Shown here piece after piece: positions 29,944 to 40,132 of a DNA stretch of 64,000 nt. A program made the translations under genes and the position numbers. Positions within the stretch are counted from its first letter, which is position 1; each line of letters opens with the position of its first letter. This DNA is from an uncultured Verrucomicrobiae bacterium (GTDB lineage: Bacteria; Verrucomicrobiota; Verrucomicrobiia; Chthoniobacterales; UBA10450). The notes under the pieces are model-generated. The model saw only the letters and a program-made list of their open reading frames with translations. It had not been told where the DNA came from and searched no databases. The stretch covers positions 96,001 to 160,000 of the forward strand of contig CAWDGJ010000007.1 in assembly GCA_963801815.1 (NCBI GenBank). The letters run 5' to 3'.

Positions 29944-31057
29944 TTACGCGACTTCGTGACGATGCACCCAGACGCTGTTAACGATGCCGAGCGCGAACAT
30001 GATCATGAGCGCAAACGAACCGCTATAGCTGATCAACGGCAACGGCACACCGGTGATCGGCAACATCGAGATGGTCATGCCCACGTTTTGGAATATGTGG
30101 GTGAAAATGAGCGCGGTAATTCCGATGACCAGAAGCAAACCAAATTGATCGCCGGCAAAAAAAGCGACAAAAAGACAGGTCAACAGGAGCAACGCGAAAG
30201 CTCCGATCAGAAACACGCCGCCGACAAATCCCCATTGCTCGCCGATTGCCGAAAAGATGTAGTCGTTGTGGACGGCGGTAGCGGGAAGAAAGCCGAGCTC
30301 GATCTGCGTGTTCGGCGCCTTGAAACCTTTGCCGGCCCAGCCGCCTGATCCGATGGCAATGAGCGATTGGTTGATCGCCCACGACGAGCCCTGCTTGTCG
30401 ATGTCGGGATGCGCGAACGCAGTCAGACGCGCCTGCTGATACGGCTTGAGGACAAGGTTCGCGGTAATCGGAATCGCAGCGAACAGGATCAATAAAATGC
30501 AAATCAGGTAACGAAGCGGCATTCCGCCAACGAAGAGCAGCGCCAGCAATACCGGCACCCAGATGATCGTTTCACCCAAATCCGGCTGCATCAGGATCAA
30601 CAGACAGGGTGCGCCGGCGATTGCACCGCAAACCAGCAAACGCAGCATCGGATGCATTTGCTTGAACTGACTCAGGAACAAGGCCAGCACCATAATCCCG
30701 GCGACGACCGCAAGCTGGGCCGGTTGAAAATTAATCGGACCGAGATGGAGCCAGCTCCGCGCGCCGTAAACCTTTTGCCCCATGAACTTGGTCAGGACTA
30801 AAAAGAAGATACCGGCCAGATACATCGGCAGGGCACCCCACCGAATCCATCGATAATTCGACCAGGCTCGCCACCATGAAGGCGAAGAAACCGACCACGA
30901 CCCAGTTGGCCTGTTTCCGCCAGAAATCTGCAGCCACCGGATCTTCACGCATGTAGGTCGCGCTGTAGATGGCGATGACGCCGAAGACGGCCAGCGCGAG
31001 CATCACCAGGAGGAGGAGCCAGTTGAGGCCGAGCAATTTTCGCAGGAACGGAGTCAT
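29944..31057 (-). CDS. rodA: SEDS peptidoglycan polymerase RodA, frameshift near 30870
   Basis: GARSW, FQPAQ, QPDLG, AIGSGG, HNDYIF, PITGVPLPLISY. Confidence 0.9.
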
Positions 31058-31270
31058 GTCGATCTGGTCGGCGCCCGCCGGAACCGGCGCGACCGGCATT
31101 TTCGAGTATATCCAACACCCAAAATTCGCAAAGCGTTTCCGCACTGAAGCTTGGAAAATCCGCTGCCAAACCGCTTCGAACGGTATCCGCTAGAGCTATT
31201 TATCCCTGGTCGAATAAGTCGCTGATTTTCAGACATTTAAGATAAATTTTGAGAAAAAGAGGCCGTTTTC

Positions 31271-31299
31271 TTGTCGACCAGTTTGAACCCAATTAGAAT
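31271..31299 (+). promoter_or_regulatory. Putative sigma70 promoter
   Basis: TTGTCG - 17 nt - TAGAAT upstream of ATG 31328. Confidence 0.5.
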
Positions 31300-31327
31300 T
31301 AGATCTTTCCAGCCGAGGGTCCCAATT

Positions 31328-31781
31328 ATGGCGAAGAAAACAAAGCGAAAGGTCGCGTATCGCAGGCTACCGATGCAGCAACAATTAAATCTGCATCAGG
31401 AAGGAAGACACTTCGATCTCGGCGCGATCTTCAATCAACTCAACCGGCGTTATTTTCGTGGACAGCTGCGGAATTACAAAGTGATGTGGGGCCGGCGCCG
31501 GAAGCATCCACCGAAAGATCATTTCGTCTTTGGGACAATCCAGGAACAAGACCGGGTGATCCGAATTCATCCGCTATTGGACCAGGCGTTCGTGCCGCGC
31601 TGGTATCTTGAAATACGTTCTCTATCACGAAATGCTGCACTCCGTCGTGCCGGACAAAACGTTGCACAACGGAAGACGATTGGTTCACACCGAAGAATTC
31701 AACCGCCGTGAACGCGCATTTCACAGCTACTATCGCGCACGTCGGTGGGAAGATCGGAATCTCGCGCGATTTCTCCGGTAA
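31328..31781 (+). CDS. SprT-like zinc metalloprotease domain protein, frameshift near 31610
   Basis: FNQLNRRYF, IRIHPLLD, then YHEMLH (HExxH) and HTEEF in a shifted frame. Confidence 0.8.
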
Positions 31782-31796
31782 CCAGCAATCCGACTC

Positions 31797-31947
31797 TTAC
31801 CGTTTGTCGGCGGCGGGGGGCCGCGAGCTGGCTTCAGACGGCGAGGGAGTCGTTGCTACGTTCTTCTTGATGAGATACCAGACCGTCGCTCGCGAGCAGC
31901 AGGGATATCAACTTCGCGCGCCAATTCTTCAGGAGGAGTCTCTTCAT
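31797..31947 (-). CDS. Mini CdaR-like protein (TM helix only), one apparent indel
   Basis: MKRLLLKNWRAKLISLLLA-x-TVWYLIKKN resembles the CdaR/YbbR N-terminal anchor; overlaps the dacA 3' end; stops after ~50 aa. Confidence 0.55.
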
Positions 31948-32713
31948 AACGTCCGTGCAATAAAATCTCGCCGATCCGCTGGCGAAACGTTTCCGGTGTA
32001 AAGTTGCGCTCAATTCGGCGCCGATGGCAAATAGAAATGCTGCCGGTCTCCTCCGAGACCACGATCGCGACGGCGTCGGATTCCTCCGTAATCCCAAGCG
32101 CGGCGCGATGCCGCAGACCGAGACTGCGGTCCAGCGTCTCGCGCTGGCTTACCGGGAAAATACACGCGGCCGCGGCGATTCGCCCGTTACGAATAATCAC
32201 ACCGCCGTCGTGCAGCGCGGCTTTCGGATGAAAAATGCTCAAGAGCAGTTCGACCGAGAAATCCGAGTCCAAGGTGACGCCGGTTTCTTCATAAACGCGA
32301 ATTGAGGTGTCGCGCTCGATCGCGATTAACGCGCCGAATTGTTTGTTCGCGAGTTGAGTGACCGCTTCCGCCAGGTCGTGGATAGTTTCCCGCTTCTCAC
32401 TCGTGAGCGAAAAAATCGGATGGCCGCCAAGCTCGGCCAGACCGCGACGAAGCTCCGGTTGAAAAATCACAACGAGCGCGATCGCGAGGAAAACGGAGAA
32501 GCTACGCACCAGCCAGCCGATCACGACCAGGTTCAGTAATGTCGAGATTAGCGTCAGGGTCAGGAAAACAATCGCCAGACCGGTCAGCACTTTGGCGCCG
32601 CGTGTGCCGCGAAAATAAAGATAGCCGTAGTAAATGCCGACGCTGAGCAGAATGATCTCAAGAATGCTTCGCCAGCTTTTGAACCAAAGTTGGAGAAGGT
32701 CCTGCAGCATCAT
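31834..32713 (-). CDS. dacA: Diadenylate cyclase CdaA/DacA
   Basis: Three N-terminal TM helices; VIFQPELRR, GALI, LHDGG, GLRHRAALG, VSEETG; 3' end uncertain because of an indel. Confidence 0.93.
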
Positions 32714-33552
32714 GAGATCTCCTCCACGATTCGCAACGCCGCCACGTTTTCTTTCACGTCGTGCACGCGGAGAATGTCGGCGCCCCGCGCGCGCAAGATC
32801 GCCGTCAGAGCGATTGTCGGCGAGAGACGGTCACGCATTTCATTCGAGCCGGTAAACTTTCCCAGGAAAGATTTTCGCGAAACGCCGACCATAAGTGGCC
32901 GATCGTCCACGCGCAGTTGGTCGAAATCTCTAAGTAGTGACAAATTTTGCTCGAGCGTTTTACCGAAACCAATTCCGGGATCAAACGCGAGCCTCATGGG
33001 ATCAACGCCGCACTCTAGGGCGCGAGAATATTGTTGTCTAAAAAAATCGGCCACCTCTTGTACAACGTCGCCGTACTGCGGATTTTTCTGCATGGTGCGC
33101 GGCTCGCCTTGCATGTGCATCAGCACAATCGCGACGTTCTGTTTCGCGGCCAGGGGCAACATCTGCTCGTCGGCACGGCCAGCGGTGACATCATTGATGA
33201 TCGATGCCCCAACGCTCACCGCCGCATTCGCGACCTCCGACTTCGAAGTGTCGATTGAGATCGGAATGTCGATCTTCGCCCGCAATTTCTCGACCACCGG
33301 AATCACCCGGCGCAATTCCTCCTTCACCGGCACCGGCTCAGCACCGGGTCGCGTTGATTCTCCGCCCACATCAATGACATCAGCTCCCTCGGAAGCGATT
33401 TGGACTCCGCGCTCAACAGCCTTGTCGCAATCAAAAAATTCATTCCCGTCAGAAAATGAGTCCGGCGTGACATTAAGCACGCCCATAACCATTGCTCGCC
33501 TGGAGAGATCGAAAACTTTGTCGCCAATCTTCCAAACGTGCTTAGTCATCAA
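32710..33552 (-). CDS. folP: Dihydropteroate synthase
   Basis: MGVLNVTPDSFSDG, GGESTRPG, DPGIGFGK, SRKSF, RVHDV. Confidence 0.97.
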   Translation of the reverse strand: MMTKHVWKIGDKVFDLSRRAMVMGVLNVTPDSFSDGNEFFDCDKAVERGVQIASEGADVIDVGGESTRPGAEPVPVKEELRRVIPVVEKLRAKIDIPISIDTSKSEVANAAVSVGASIINDVTAGRADEQMLPLAAKQNVAIVLMHMQGEPRTMQKNPQYGDVVQEVADFFRQQYSRALECGVDPMRLAFDPGIGFGKTLEQNLSLLRDFDQLRVDDRPLMVGVSRKSFLGKFTGSNEMRDRLSPTIALTAILRARGADILRVHDVKENVAALRIVEEIS

Positions 33553-33589
33553 TATTCAGACTAACACGCCGCGCCGCTTATTCGAACGC

Positions 33590-33657
33590 GTTGTGGCGGT
33601 GCTTGTTCTCAAGCACCGAACTAATAAATAGGCGCTTGGCACAAGCGCCTCTACAAC
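33590..33657. repeat. REP-like palindrome, family B, copy 2
   Basis: GTTGTGGCGGTGCTTGTTCTCAAGCACCG ... AGGCGCTTGGCACAAGCGCCTCTACAAC. Confidence 0.8.
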
Positions 33658-34172
33658 TATTTTTTGGAATAACGCCCTATCAGTTCACCTTGCGCGATGA
33701 CGTGACCTTTCATCGCCGAGTCAACTTCGCGCCGTTTCGCGCCCGGTTTCAAATCAAGCGTCCGATCGAGTGCGAAGATTTTGAAATAATAACGATGAGT
33801 GCCGGAGGGCGGTTGCGGTCCACCATAACCGATCTCGCCAAAATCGCTTCTGCCCTGCGCCGCCCCGCTCGGCACGCTGCCTTCCGCGATGTCGGCCGTC
33901 TTAGGGTCAATGTTCCAAACCAGCCAGTGGGTAAACAATCCTACCGGTGCGTCGGGATCGTCCACGATCAGTGCCAGACTTTTCGCCTCAGCGGGTACGC
34001 CCGCGATTTGCAATTCCGGGCTGACATTCTGGCCGTTCTTGCTGAATTTTTCCGGAATTGTTCCCCCTTCCTGAAATGCTGGGCTCATGATTTTCATTTT
34101 TGTTCCTCCCGCCGCAAACGCTAACACCGCAGCGGCCGCGCTCACACAAACAGTAATAAAAATTGTTTTCAT
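33657..34172 (-). CDS. YbhB/YbcL (PEBP) family protein with signal peptide
   Basis: DDPDAP, FTHWLVWNI, YGGPQPPSGTHRYYF. Confidence 0.92.
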   Translation of the reverse strand: MKTIFITVCVSAAAAVLAFAAGGTKMKIMSPAFQEGGTIPEKFSKNGQNVSPELQIAGVPAEAKSLALIVDDPDAPVGLFTHWLVWNIDPKTADIAEGSVPSGAAQGRSDFGEIGYGGPQPPSGTHRYYFKIFALDRTLDLKPGAKRREVDSAMKGHVIAQGELIGRYSKK

Positions 34173-34215
34173 ATTTGGTCGTTAGATCGGCATGCTCCAA
34201 GATGGTTTCGTGAAG

Positions 34216-36438
34216 ATGAGCAAAAACGGTCGCACAATTCGAGATAAGGTGCTTACGCTATTGCGCGCGCCCGATTATCGGCCAGGCGACCGGGATGAGA
34301 TCGCGCGAGCGCTCGGATCAACAGGTCGCGACAAAGTCGAAGTTCGAAAAACGCTTCAAGAGCTTGAACAGGCCGGCGAGATCGCGCGCGTTCGCAAGAA
34401 CCGTTACGTTCTCCCGTCAGAGGCCGATCTCATCGCCGGGAAGTTGTCGATCCATCAGGCGGGTTACGGTTTTCTAGTTTCGGAAAAAGAGGGCCAGCCC
34501 GATATTTTCGTAGCGGCTGAAAATACCGGCACCGCCATGAACGGCGATCGCGTGGTCGTACGAATTAGCCGCGACCTGCCGCCGCAACGCGGCAAGGCAG
34601 GGCGCGCCCGGCCGGGACAGCGGACCGAAGGCCGGGTGATTCGAATTCTCAAGCGCGCACGGGACACGATTGTTGGAACCCTGCAGCACTCGAAGAATTT
34701 TTATTACGTCGTGCCCGATGATCCGCGGATCGTTCACGATGTCTACGTCAAGCCGCCTTCTGTAGCGGCGGTCCATGACCGCCGAGCTCATCAGGAAGAG
34801 CGGCGCTCACAGAGGGCCACTACAGCACGAGTTGGCGATAAGGTCGTCGTTCGTTTGGAGGCATGGGAATCGCGCCATGTAAATCCGGAAGGCGAAATCA
34901 TCGAAGTGCTTGGTTCCGCAACAGCGCCCGGCGTCGACATGCTCTCGATCATCCGGAAATACAATCTGCCGACAGAGTTTCCCAAAGCCGTTCTCGATGA
35001 AGCGAATCGAATCCCAAAATCGGTCGAGCGAAAGATGGTCGAGGGCCGCGAGGATCTGCGCGAAAAATTCATCCTAACAATCGATCCGGATGACGCACGC
35101 GATTTTGACGATGCGATCGATGTTGAAAAGATCGCCAACGAAGGCTGGAAACTCGGGATCCACATCGCGGACGTCTCAGCGTATGTGACTTTAAACAGTG
35201 CGCTTGATCGCGAAGCCCGCCGCCGCGGCAACAGCGTTTACATGCCGGACCGCGTGATTCCAATGTTGCCTGAGCGATTGAGCAACGGCGTTTGCAGCTT
35301 AAATCCCGGCGTCGATCGGCTGACGTTTTCGGTTTTCATAGAATTCGACAACGACGGCCGGCCAAAGAATGCGCGTTTTGCACGGAGCGTCATCCGCAGC
35401 GTCAAGCGGCTCACTTACAAGGAAGCGTACGCGATTCTACAATCGAAACCGAACGGCGAACTCAGCCGGCGATTGCACACCGCATGGGGACTGGCCTCTC
35501 TACTTCGCCGCAAACGCTTTGAACACGGCTCGCTCGATCTCGATTTCCCGGAAGTGAAAGTATATGTCGATGCAAACGGCACACCGGTTCGCCTGGAGCG
35601 GGTCGAGAACGACGAATCGCATCAATTGATCGAAGAATTCATGCTCGCGGCCAACGAGGCAGTTGGGCGCGAGCTGCGGCATCGATCGATTCCCACGATC
35701 TTTCGCGTCCACGAAGACCCGGACCCGGAGAAACTCGGCGAGTATCGGGAATTCATTCTCAGCTTTGGCTACAAGATCGGGGATCTCTCGCATCGAAAAG
35801 AAGTCCAACGTTTTCTGGCATCAATTCGCGGTAAACCCGAAGAGCAGGCACTCAAAATCGGTTTACTCAAGAGTTTGAAGCGCGCGCGTTATGCCGCGCA
35901 ACCGCTTGGTCATTACGGTTTAGCCAAGGCAAATTATCTTCACTTCACTAGTCCGATCCGCCGTTATGCCGACCTGATTGTGCATCGCACGCTGGCAGAA
36001 CGGAACTTATCGAGGCGATCCAAAATCGACGTCGGCCAGCTCGACTCGATGGCCGGTCACATTTCTGACACTGAACGTAATGCGGCGGACGCCGAAATTG
36101 AATCAGTGCGCCTCAAGAAACTTCAGTTCTTCCAACTCCAGCTCGAAGATCGAAATCCCCAAGTTTTCCGAGCGGCGATTGTTGACGTTCGAAACTACGG
36201 GCTCGTGGTTGAACTACCGGACGCTGTCGTAACCGGTCTCGTCCACGTCTCCGCGTTGACGGACGATTTCTATCACTTTGATGCCGCCCAGCGGCGCTTG
36301 ATTGGCCGGCGGACGAACCGCCGATATCGCGTTGGCGACGAAATCCGCGTATTCGTCGCGCGGGTCGATACATTTAAGCAGCAGATTGATTTCGCGATTG
36401 CCGAACCGGCGGGGAAAAAACCTGGCCGCCGCCGCTGA
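34216..36438 (+). CDS. rnr: Ribonuclease R
   Basis: N-terminal HTH and CSDs; TIDPDDARDFDDA; IEEFMLAAN; HFTSPIRRYADL; S1 domain. Confidence 0.96.
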   Translation: MSKNGRTIRDKVLTLLRAPDYRPGDRDEIARALGSTGRDKVEVRKTLQELEQAGEIARVRKNRYVLPSEADLIAGKLSIHQAGYGFLVSEKEGQPDIFVAAENTGTAMNGDRVVVRISRDLPPQRGKAGRARPGQRTEGRVIRILKRARDTIVGTLQHSKNFYYVVPDDPRIVHDVYVKPPSVAAVHDRRAHQEERRSQRATTARVGDKVVVRLEAWESRHVNPEGEIIEVLGSATAPGVDMLSIIRKYNLPTEFPKAVLDEANRIPKSVERKMVEGREDLREKFILTIDPDDARDFDDAIDVEKIANEGWKLGIHIADVSAYVTLNSALDREARRRGNSVYMPDRVIPMLPERLSNGVCSLNPGVDRLTFSVFIEFDNDGRPKNARFARSVIRSVKRLTYKEAYAILQSKPNGELSRRLHTAWGLASLLRRKRFEHGSLDLDFPEVKVYVDANGTPVRLERVENDESHQLIEEFMLAANEAVGRELRHRSIPTIFRVHEDPDPEKLGEYREFILSFGYKIGDLSHRKEVQRFLASIRGKPEEQALKIGLLKSLKRARYAAQPLGHYGLAKANYLHFTSPIRRYADLIVHRTLAERNLSRRSKIDVGQLDSMAGHISDTERNAADAEIESVRLKKLQFFQLQLEDRNPQVFRAAIVDVRNYGLVVELPDAVVTGLVHVSALTDDFYHFDAAQRRLIGRRTNRRYRVGDEIRVFVARVDTFKQQIDFAIAEPAGKKPGRRR
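34760..34825. repeat. REP-like palindrome, family A, in frame within rnr
   Basis: CTGTAGCGGCGGTCCATGACCGCCG ... CGGCGCTCACAGAGGGCCACTACAG, 66 nt. Confidence 0.8.
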
Positions 36439-36549
36439 TCCTGGGCCGTTAACACCTATCAACAGGATATTCACAAGGGGCTTTTTTGACCCAAAAATCT
36501 GCTTCCCTTTTTGAGCCCGACCATCGTAAACTCCGCCGCTTTTTTATAA

Positions 36550-36762
36550 ATGGATAATCTCATCGAGGCGAGGGAGCTGCAGATCGAGCGTAAGCATTTT
36601 CACGTGGAATTCCGCGAAAACGATCGAGGTAAATTCCTGCGCATCACCGAGGAAGCGCACGGCCGCCGCAACACGATCATCGTTCCAAGCACTGGCGTGG
36701 AAGATTTTACGACGGCAATCGACGACGTAATCGAACACGCGGAGCGGATCACGCCCGCGTAA
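36550..36762 (+). CDS. Single-repeat PUR (Pur-alpha-like) nucleic-acid-binding protein
   Basis: LQIERKHFHVEFRENDRGKFLRITE...RNTIIVP fits the PUR repeat pattern. Confidence 0.85.
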   Translation: MDNLIEARELQIERKHFHVEFRENDRGKFLRITEEAHGRRNTIIVPSTGVEDFTTAIDDVIEHAERITPA

Positions 36763-36769
36763 CTTCTCC

Positions 36770-36831
36770 CGTGGAGGCAGCCGTCTCGGCTACAACCGCT
36801 CAGCAAGAGGCGGGGACGCCTGCCACCACAG
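36770..36831. repeat. REP-like palindrome, family D
   Basis: CGTGGAGGCAGCCGTCTCGGCT ... AGGCGGGGACGCCTGCCACCACAG. Confidence 0.6.
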
Positions 36832-36835
36832 TCCG

Positions 36836-36865
36836 TTGACACGCGCAAGCGCGCGGAAGTAGGTT
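36836..36865 (+). promoter_or_regulatory. Putative sigma70 promoter of ppdK
   Basis: TTGACA - 18 nt - TAGGTT; GGAGAG SD before ATG 36893. Confidence 0.5.
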
Positions 36866-36892
36866 GGCCACTCTCCTCTTCGGAGAGAACTC

Positions 36893-39666
36893 ATGGCCAC
36901 CAAACGTAAATCAAAGACCCGGAGATCAACAACGCAGCATCGCGCCAAGACGAAGAAATCGAAAACCAAATACGTCTACTACTTCGGCGATGGTCAGGCG
37001 GACGGTAGCGGCAAAATGAAACCGTTGCTCGGCGGCAAGGGAGCAAACCTCGCCGAGATGACGCGGATCGGTTTGCCAGTCCCGCCGGGGTTCACCATCA
37101 CAACGGAAGTCTGCAGCTACTTTTACGCGCACAACCGCAGCTATCCGCCACAGCTCAAGGCCGAAGTCGAAGCCGCATTGGCTAAAGTCGAAAAATCTGT
37201 CGGCAAAAAACTTGGCGACAACGATCGAGCCGCTGCTTGTCTCCGTTCGCTCAGGCGCCCGCGATTCCATGCCGGGAATGATGGACACGATCCTGAATCT
37301 CGGGATGAACGACGAAGTCGTGGAGATCGTCGCGAAGAAAACAAAGAACGCGCGTTTCGCCTGGGATTCTTACCGGCGATTCCTTCAAATGTATGGCGAC
37401 GTGGTCATGGGCGTCCAGAAACGCGCGGGCGAAGATCACGACCCGTTCGAGAGTGTCATCGAGCATTTGAAAGACAAGCGCTACCGTAAACATGATTTCC
37501 CCGACGTCCGGCTCAAGGTCGATGACTTGAAGGAGCTGGTAAAACGTTTCAAAGCGCTGATCAAGGAACGGACCGGGAGATCGTTTCCGCAAGACGCCAA
37601 GGAGCAAATGTGGGGTGCGATTGGCGCGGTGTTTGGTTCCTGGATGAACGACCGCGCGATTGTCTATCGGCGCAAGTATGGGATCCCGCATGATTGGGGC
37701 ACTGCGGTAAACGTTCAGACGATGGTATTCGGCAACATGGGCGACAGCAGCGCGACCGGTGTGGCCTTCACCCGCGACCCGGCAACCGGCGAGAAAGTCT
37801 TCTACGGCGAATATCTGATTAACGCGCAGGGCGAAGATGTCGTCGCCGGCGTGCGCACACCGCATCCGATCGCGATGTTGGCCAAGGAAATGCCTGCCGC
37901 ACACAAGGGACTGATGAAGGTGCGCCAGAACCTCGAGCAGCATTTCAAAGACATGCAAGATCTCGAGTTCACGGTCGAAGAAAGCCGGCTCTACATTCTG
38001 CAAACGCGCAACGGTAAACGAACCGGACACGCCGCGGTCCGCATCGCGGTCGACATGGTCGACGAGAAGTTGATCGACAAAAAGGACGCGGTGCGTCGGA
38101 TACCCGCGGACTCACTCGCCCATCTCCTGGCACCGATCTTTGATCGACAGTCAGCCAGAGCGGCAAAGAAAATTGGTAGCGGACTCGCGGCCGGACCGGG
38201 CGCAGCGTCGGGTCACGTTGTTTTCAGCGCGGAAGAAGCCGTGGCCCGTTCGGCCAAAGGTCAAAAAGTCGTGCTCGCGCGCGTCGAAACTTCACCGGAA
38301 GACTTGCGCGGCATGATCGCCGCGGAAGGAATTCTGACTTCGCGCGGCGGCGTTTCGTCGCACGCCGCGCTCGTCGCGCGCCAAATGGGAAAAGTTTGCG
38401 TCTGCGGCGCGAGCGGAATCGATATCGATTATCAAAAACGAACCCTGAGCGCGAATGGCACAACGCTTGCCCAAGGCGATTACATTTCGATCGACGGCAC
38501 TGCGGGCGAAGTTTTTGCTGGGGAAGTCACGACCGCGCCGTCCGAGATCATTCAGGTCCTCGTCGACCGGACTTTGGACGCGAAGAAAAGCCTGACCTAT
38601 CGGGAGTACGCGAAGTTGATGAATTGGGCGGATGATTTTCGCCGACTTGGGATTCGCACCAATGCGGACACGCCGGAGCAGGTCGCCAACGCGATCGCCT
38701 TTGGCGCGGAAGGCATCGGGCTTTGCCGCACCGAGCACATGTTCTTTGAAGGCAACCGGATCGACGCGATGCGCGAGATGATTCTCGCCGGCACCGAAGA
38801 AAGAACGCGAACACGCGCTCAAGAAATTGCTCCCCTACCAACGCGAAGATTTCGCCGGAATTTTCACAGAGCTGAAAGGATTGCCGGCCACGATTCGGTT
38901 CCTCGACCCTCCGCTCCATGAATTTTTGCCGAACGATCCGGATCAACAGAAGGAATTGGCAGAAAAACTTGGCGTGTCAGTCGAACACATCGCCCGACGG
39001 GTGAAGGAACTGCACGAATTCAATCCAATGCTCGGCCATCGCGGTTGCCGGCTCGGGATCACCTTCCCCGAAATCTCAGAGATGCAGGCGCGCGCAATTT
39101 TCGAAGCGGCTGCCGAAGTGCAAGCAAAGGGAATCAAAGTGAAACCGGAAATTATGATTCCGCTCGTCGGATTTCCAAAGGAACTCAAACTTCAGATCGA
39201 CATCGTCAATCGCGTGGCCGCGGAGGTCGCGAAGAAAAAGAAAACGAAGTTCGATTACCTCGTCGGAACAATGATCGAGATTCCGAGGGCGTGTTTGCGC
39301 GCCGACGAGATTGCGCGCGATGCACAGTTTTTTAGTTTTGGCACAAACGATTTGACTCAGACAACGCTCGGAATGAGCCGCGACGATTCGGGAAGCTTTT
39401 TGCCGCAATACGCGGAGCTCGATATCATCGATACGAATCCGTTCGCATCGATCGACCAAAAAGGCGTCGGCAAACTGATGGAAATGACGTGCGACCTCGG
39501 CCGTAAAACGCGCCCGAACATCAAGCTCGGAATCTGCGGCGAACACGGCGGCGAACCGAACAGCGTCAAATTCTGTCATCGCCTGGGACTCAATTACGTC
39601 AGCTGCAGTCCATTCCGGATCCCAATCGCACGTCTCGCCGCCGCCCAGGCCGCGATTGCGGAATGA
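36893..39666 (+). CDS. ppdK: Pyruvate, phosphate dikinase, frameshifts near 37230 and 38800
   Basis: [54 protein letters not shown]. Confidence 0.95.
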
Positions 39667-39671
39667 CTGAC

Positions 39672-40091
39672 ATGAGCCAACTCATGCGTTTCCCCAGTTC
39701 AGTGGAACGCGATCCAGCTATTTCGGCCTGGATGCATGAGCATTCGGGTGAATTGGGAGCTATCGCGCAGCGCTGGTTTGAAGTCATGCGCGCCTGCGGT
39801 GACGACGTCCGAGAGCTATTGCATGATGGTCACCCGACGGCGTGTGTCGCTGACGCGGCGTTCGGCTACGTCAATGCGTTCAAAGCCCACGTCAATGTCG
39901 GGTTCTTTCGTGGCGCCGAGATTGCCGACCCTGAGCGTTTGTTGGAAGGCACCGGCAAGTTCATGCGCCACGTGAAACTGAAGCCCGGAAGTAACGTCAA
40001 TGCCGCAGCGTTGACGCAACTCATCGAAACTGCATACTCTGACATGAACGGGCGCGTTAAGGCAGAGTCGTTTTGCGGAGACGCTGTATAA
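39672..40091 (+). CDS. DUF1801 family protein
   Basis: HVNVGFFRGA..DPERLLEGTGKFMRHVKL motif. Confidence 0.85.
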   Translation: MSQLMRFPSSVERDPAISAWMHEHSGELGAIAQRWFEVMRACGDDVRELLHDGHPTACVADAAFGYVNAFKAHVNVGFFRGAEIADPERLLEGTGKFMRHVKLKPGSNVNAAALTQLIETAYSDMNGRVKAESFCGDAV

Positions 40092-40129
40092 CAATTCATT
40101 CAAGCCGATGCGACTTCGGCCGCTTAGAT
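40086..40129 (+). other. Degenerate attC-like site
   Basis: GTATAAC-AATTCATTCAAGCCGA...CTTCGGCCGC-TTAGAT; left end overlaps the DUF1801 stop codon. Confidence 0.6.
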
Positions 40130-40132
40130 TGA

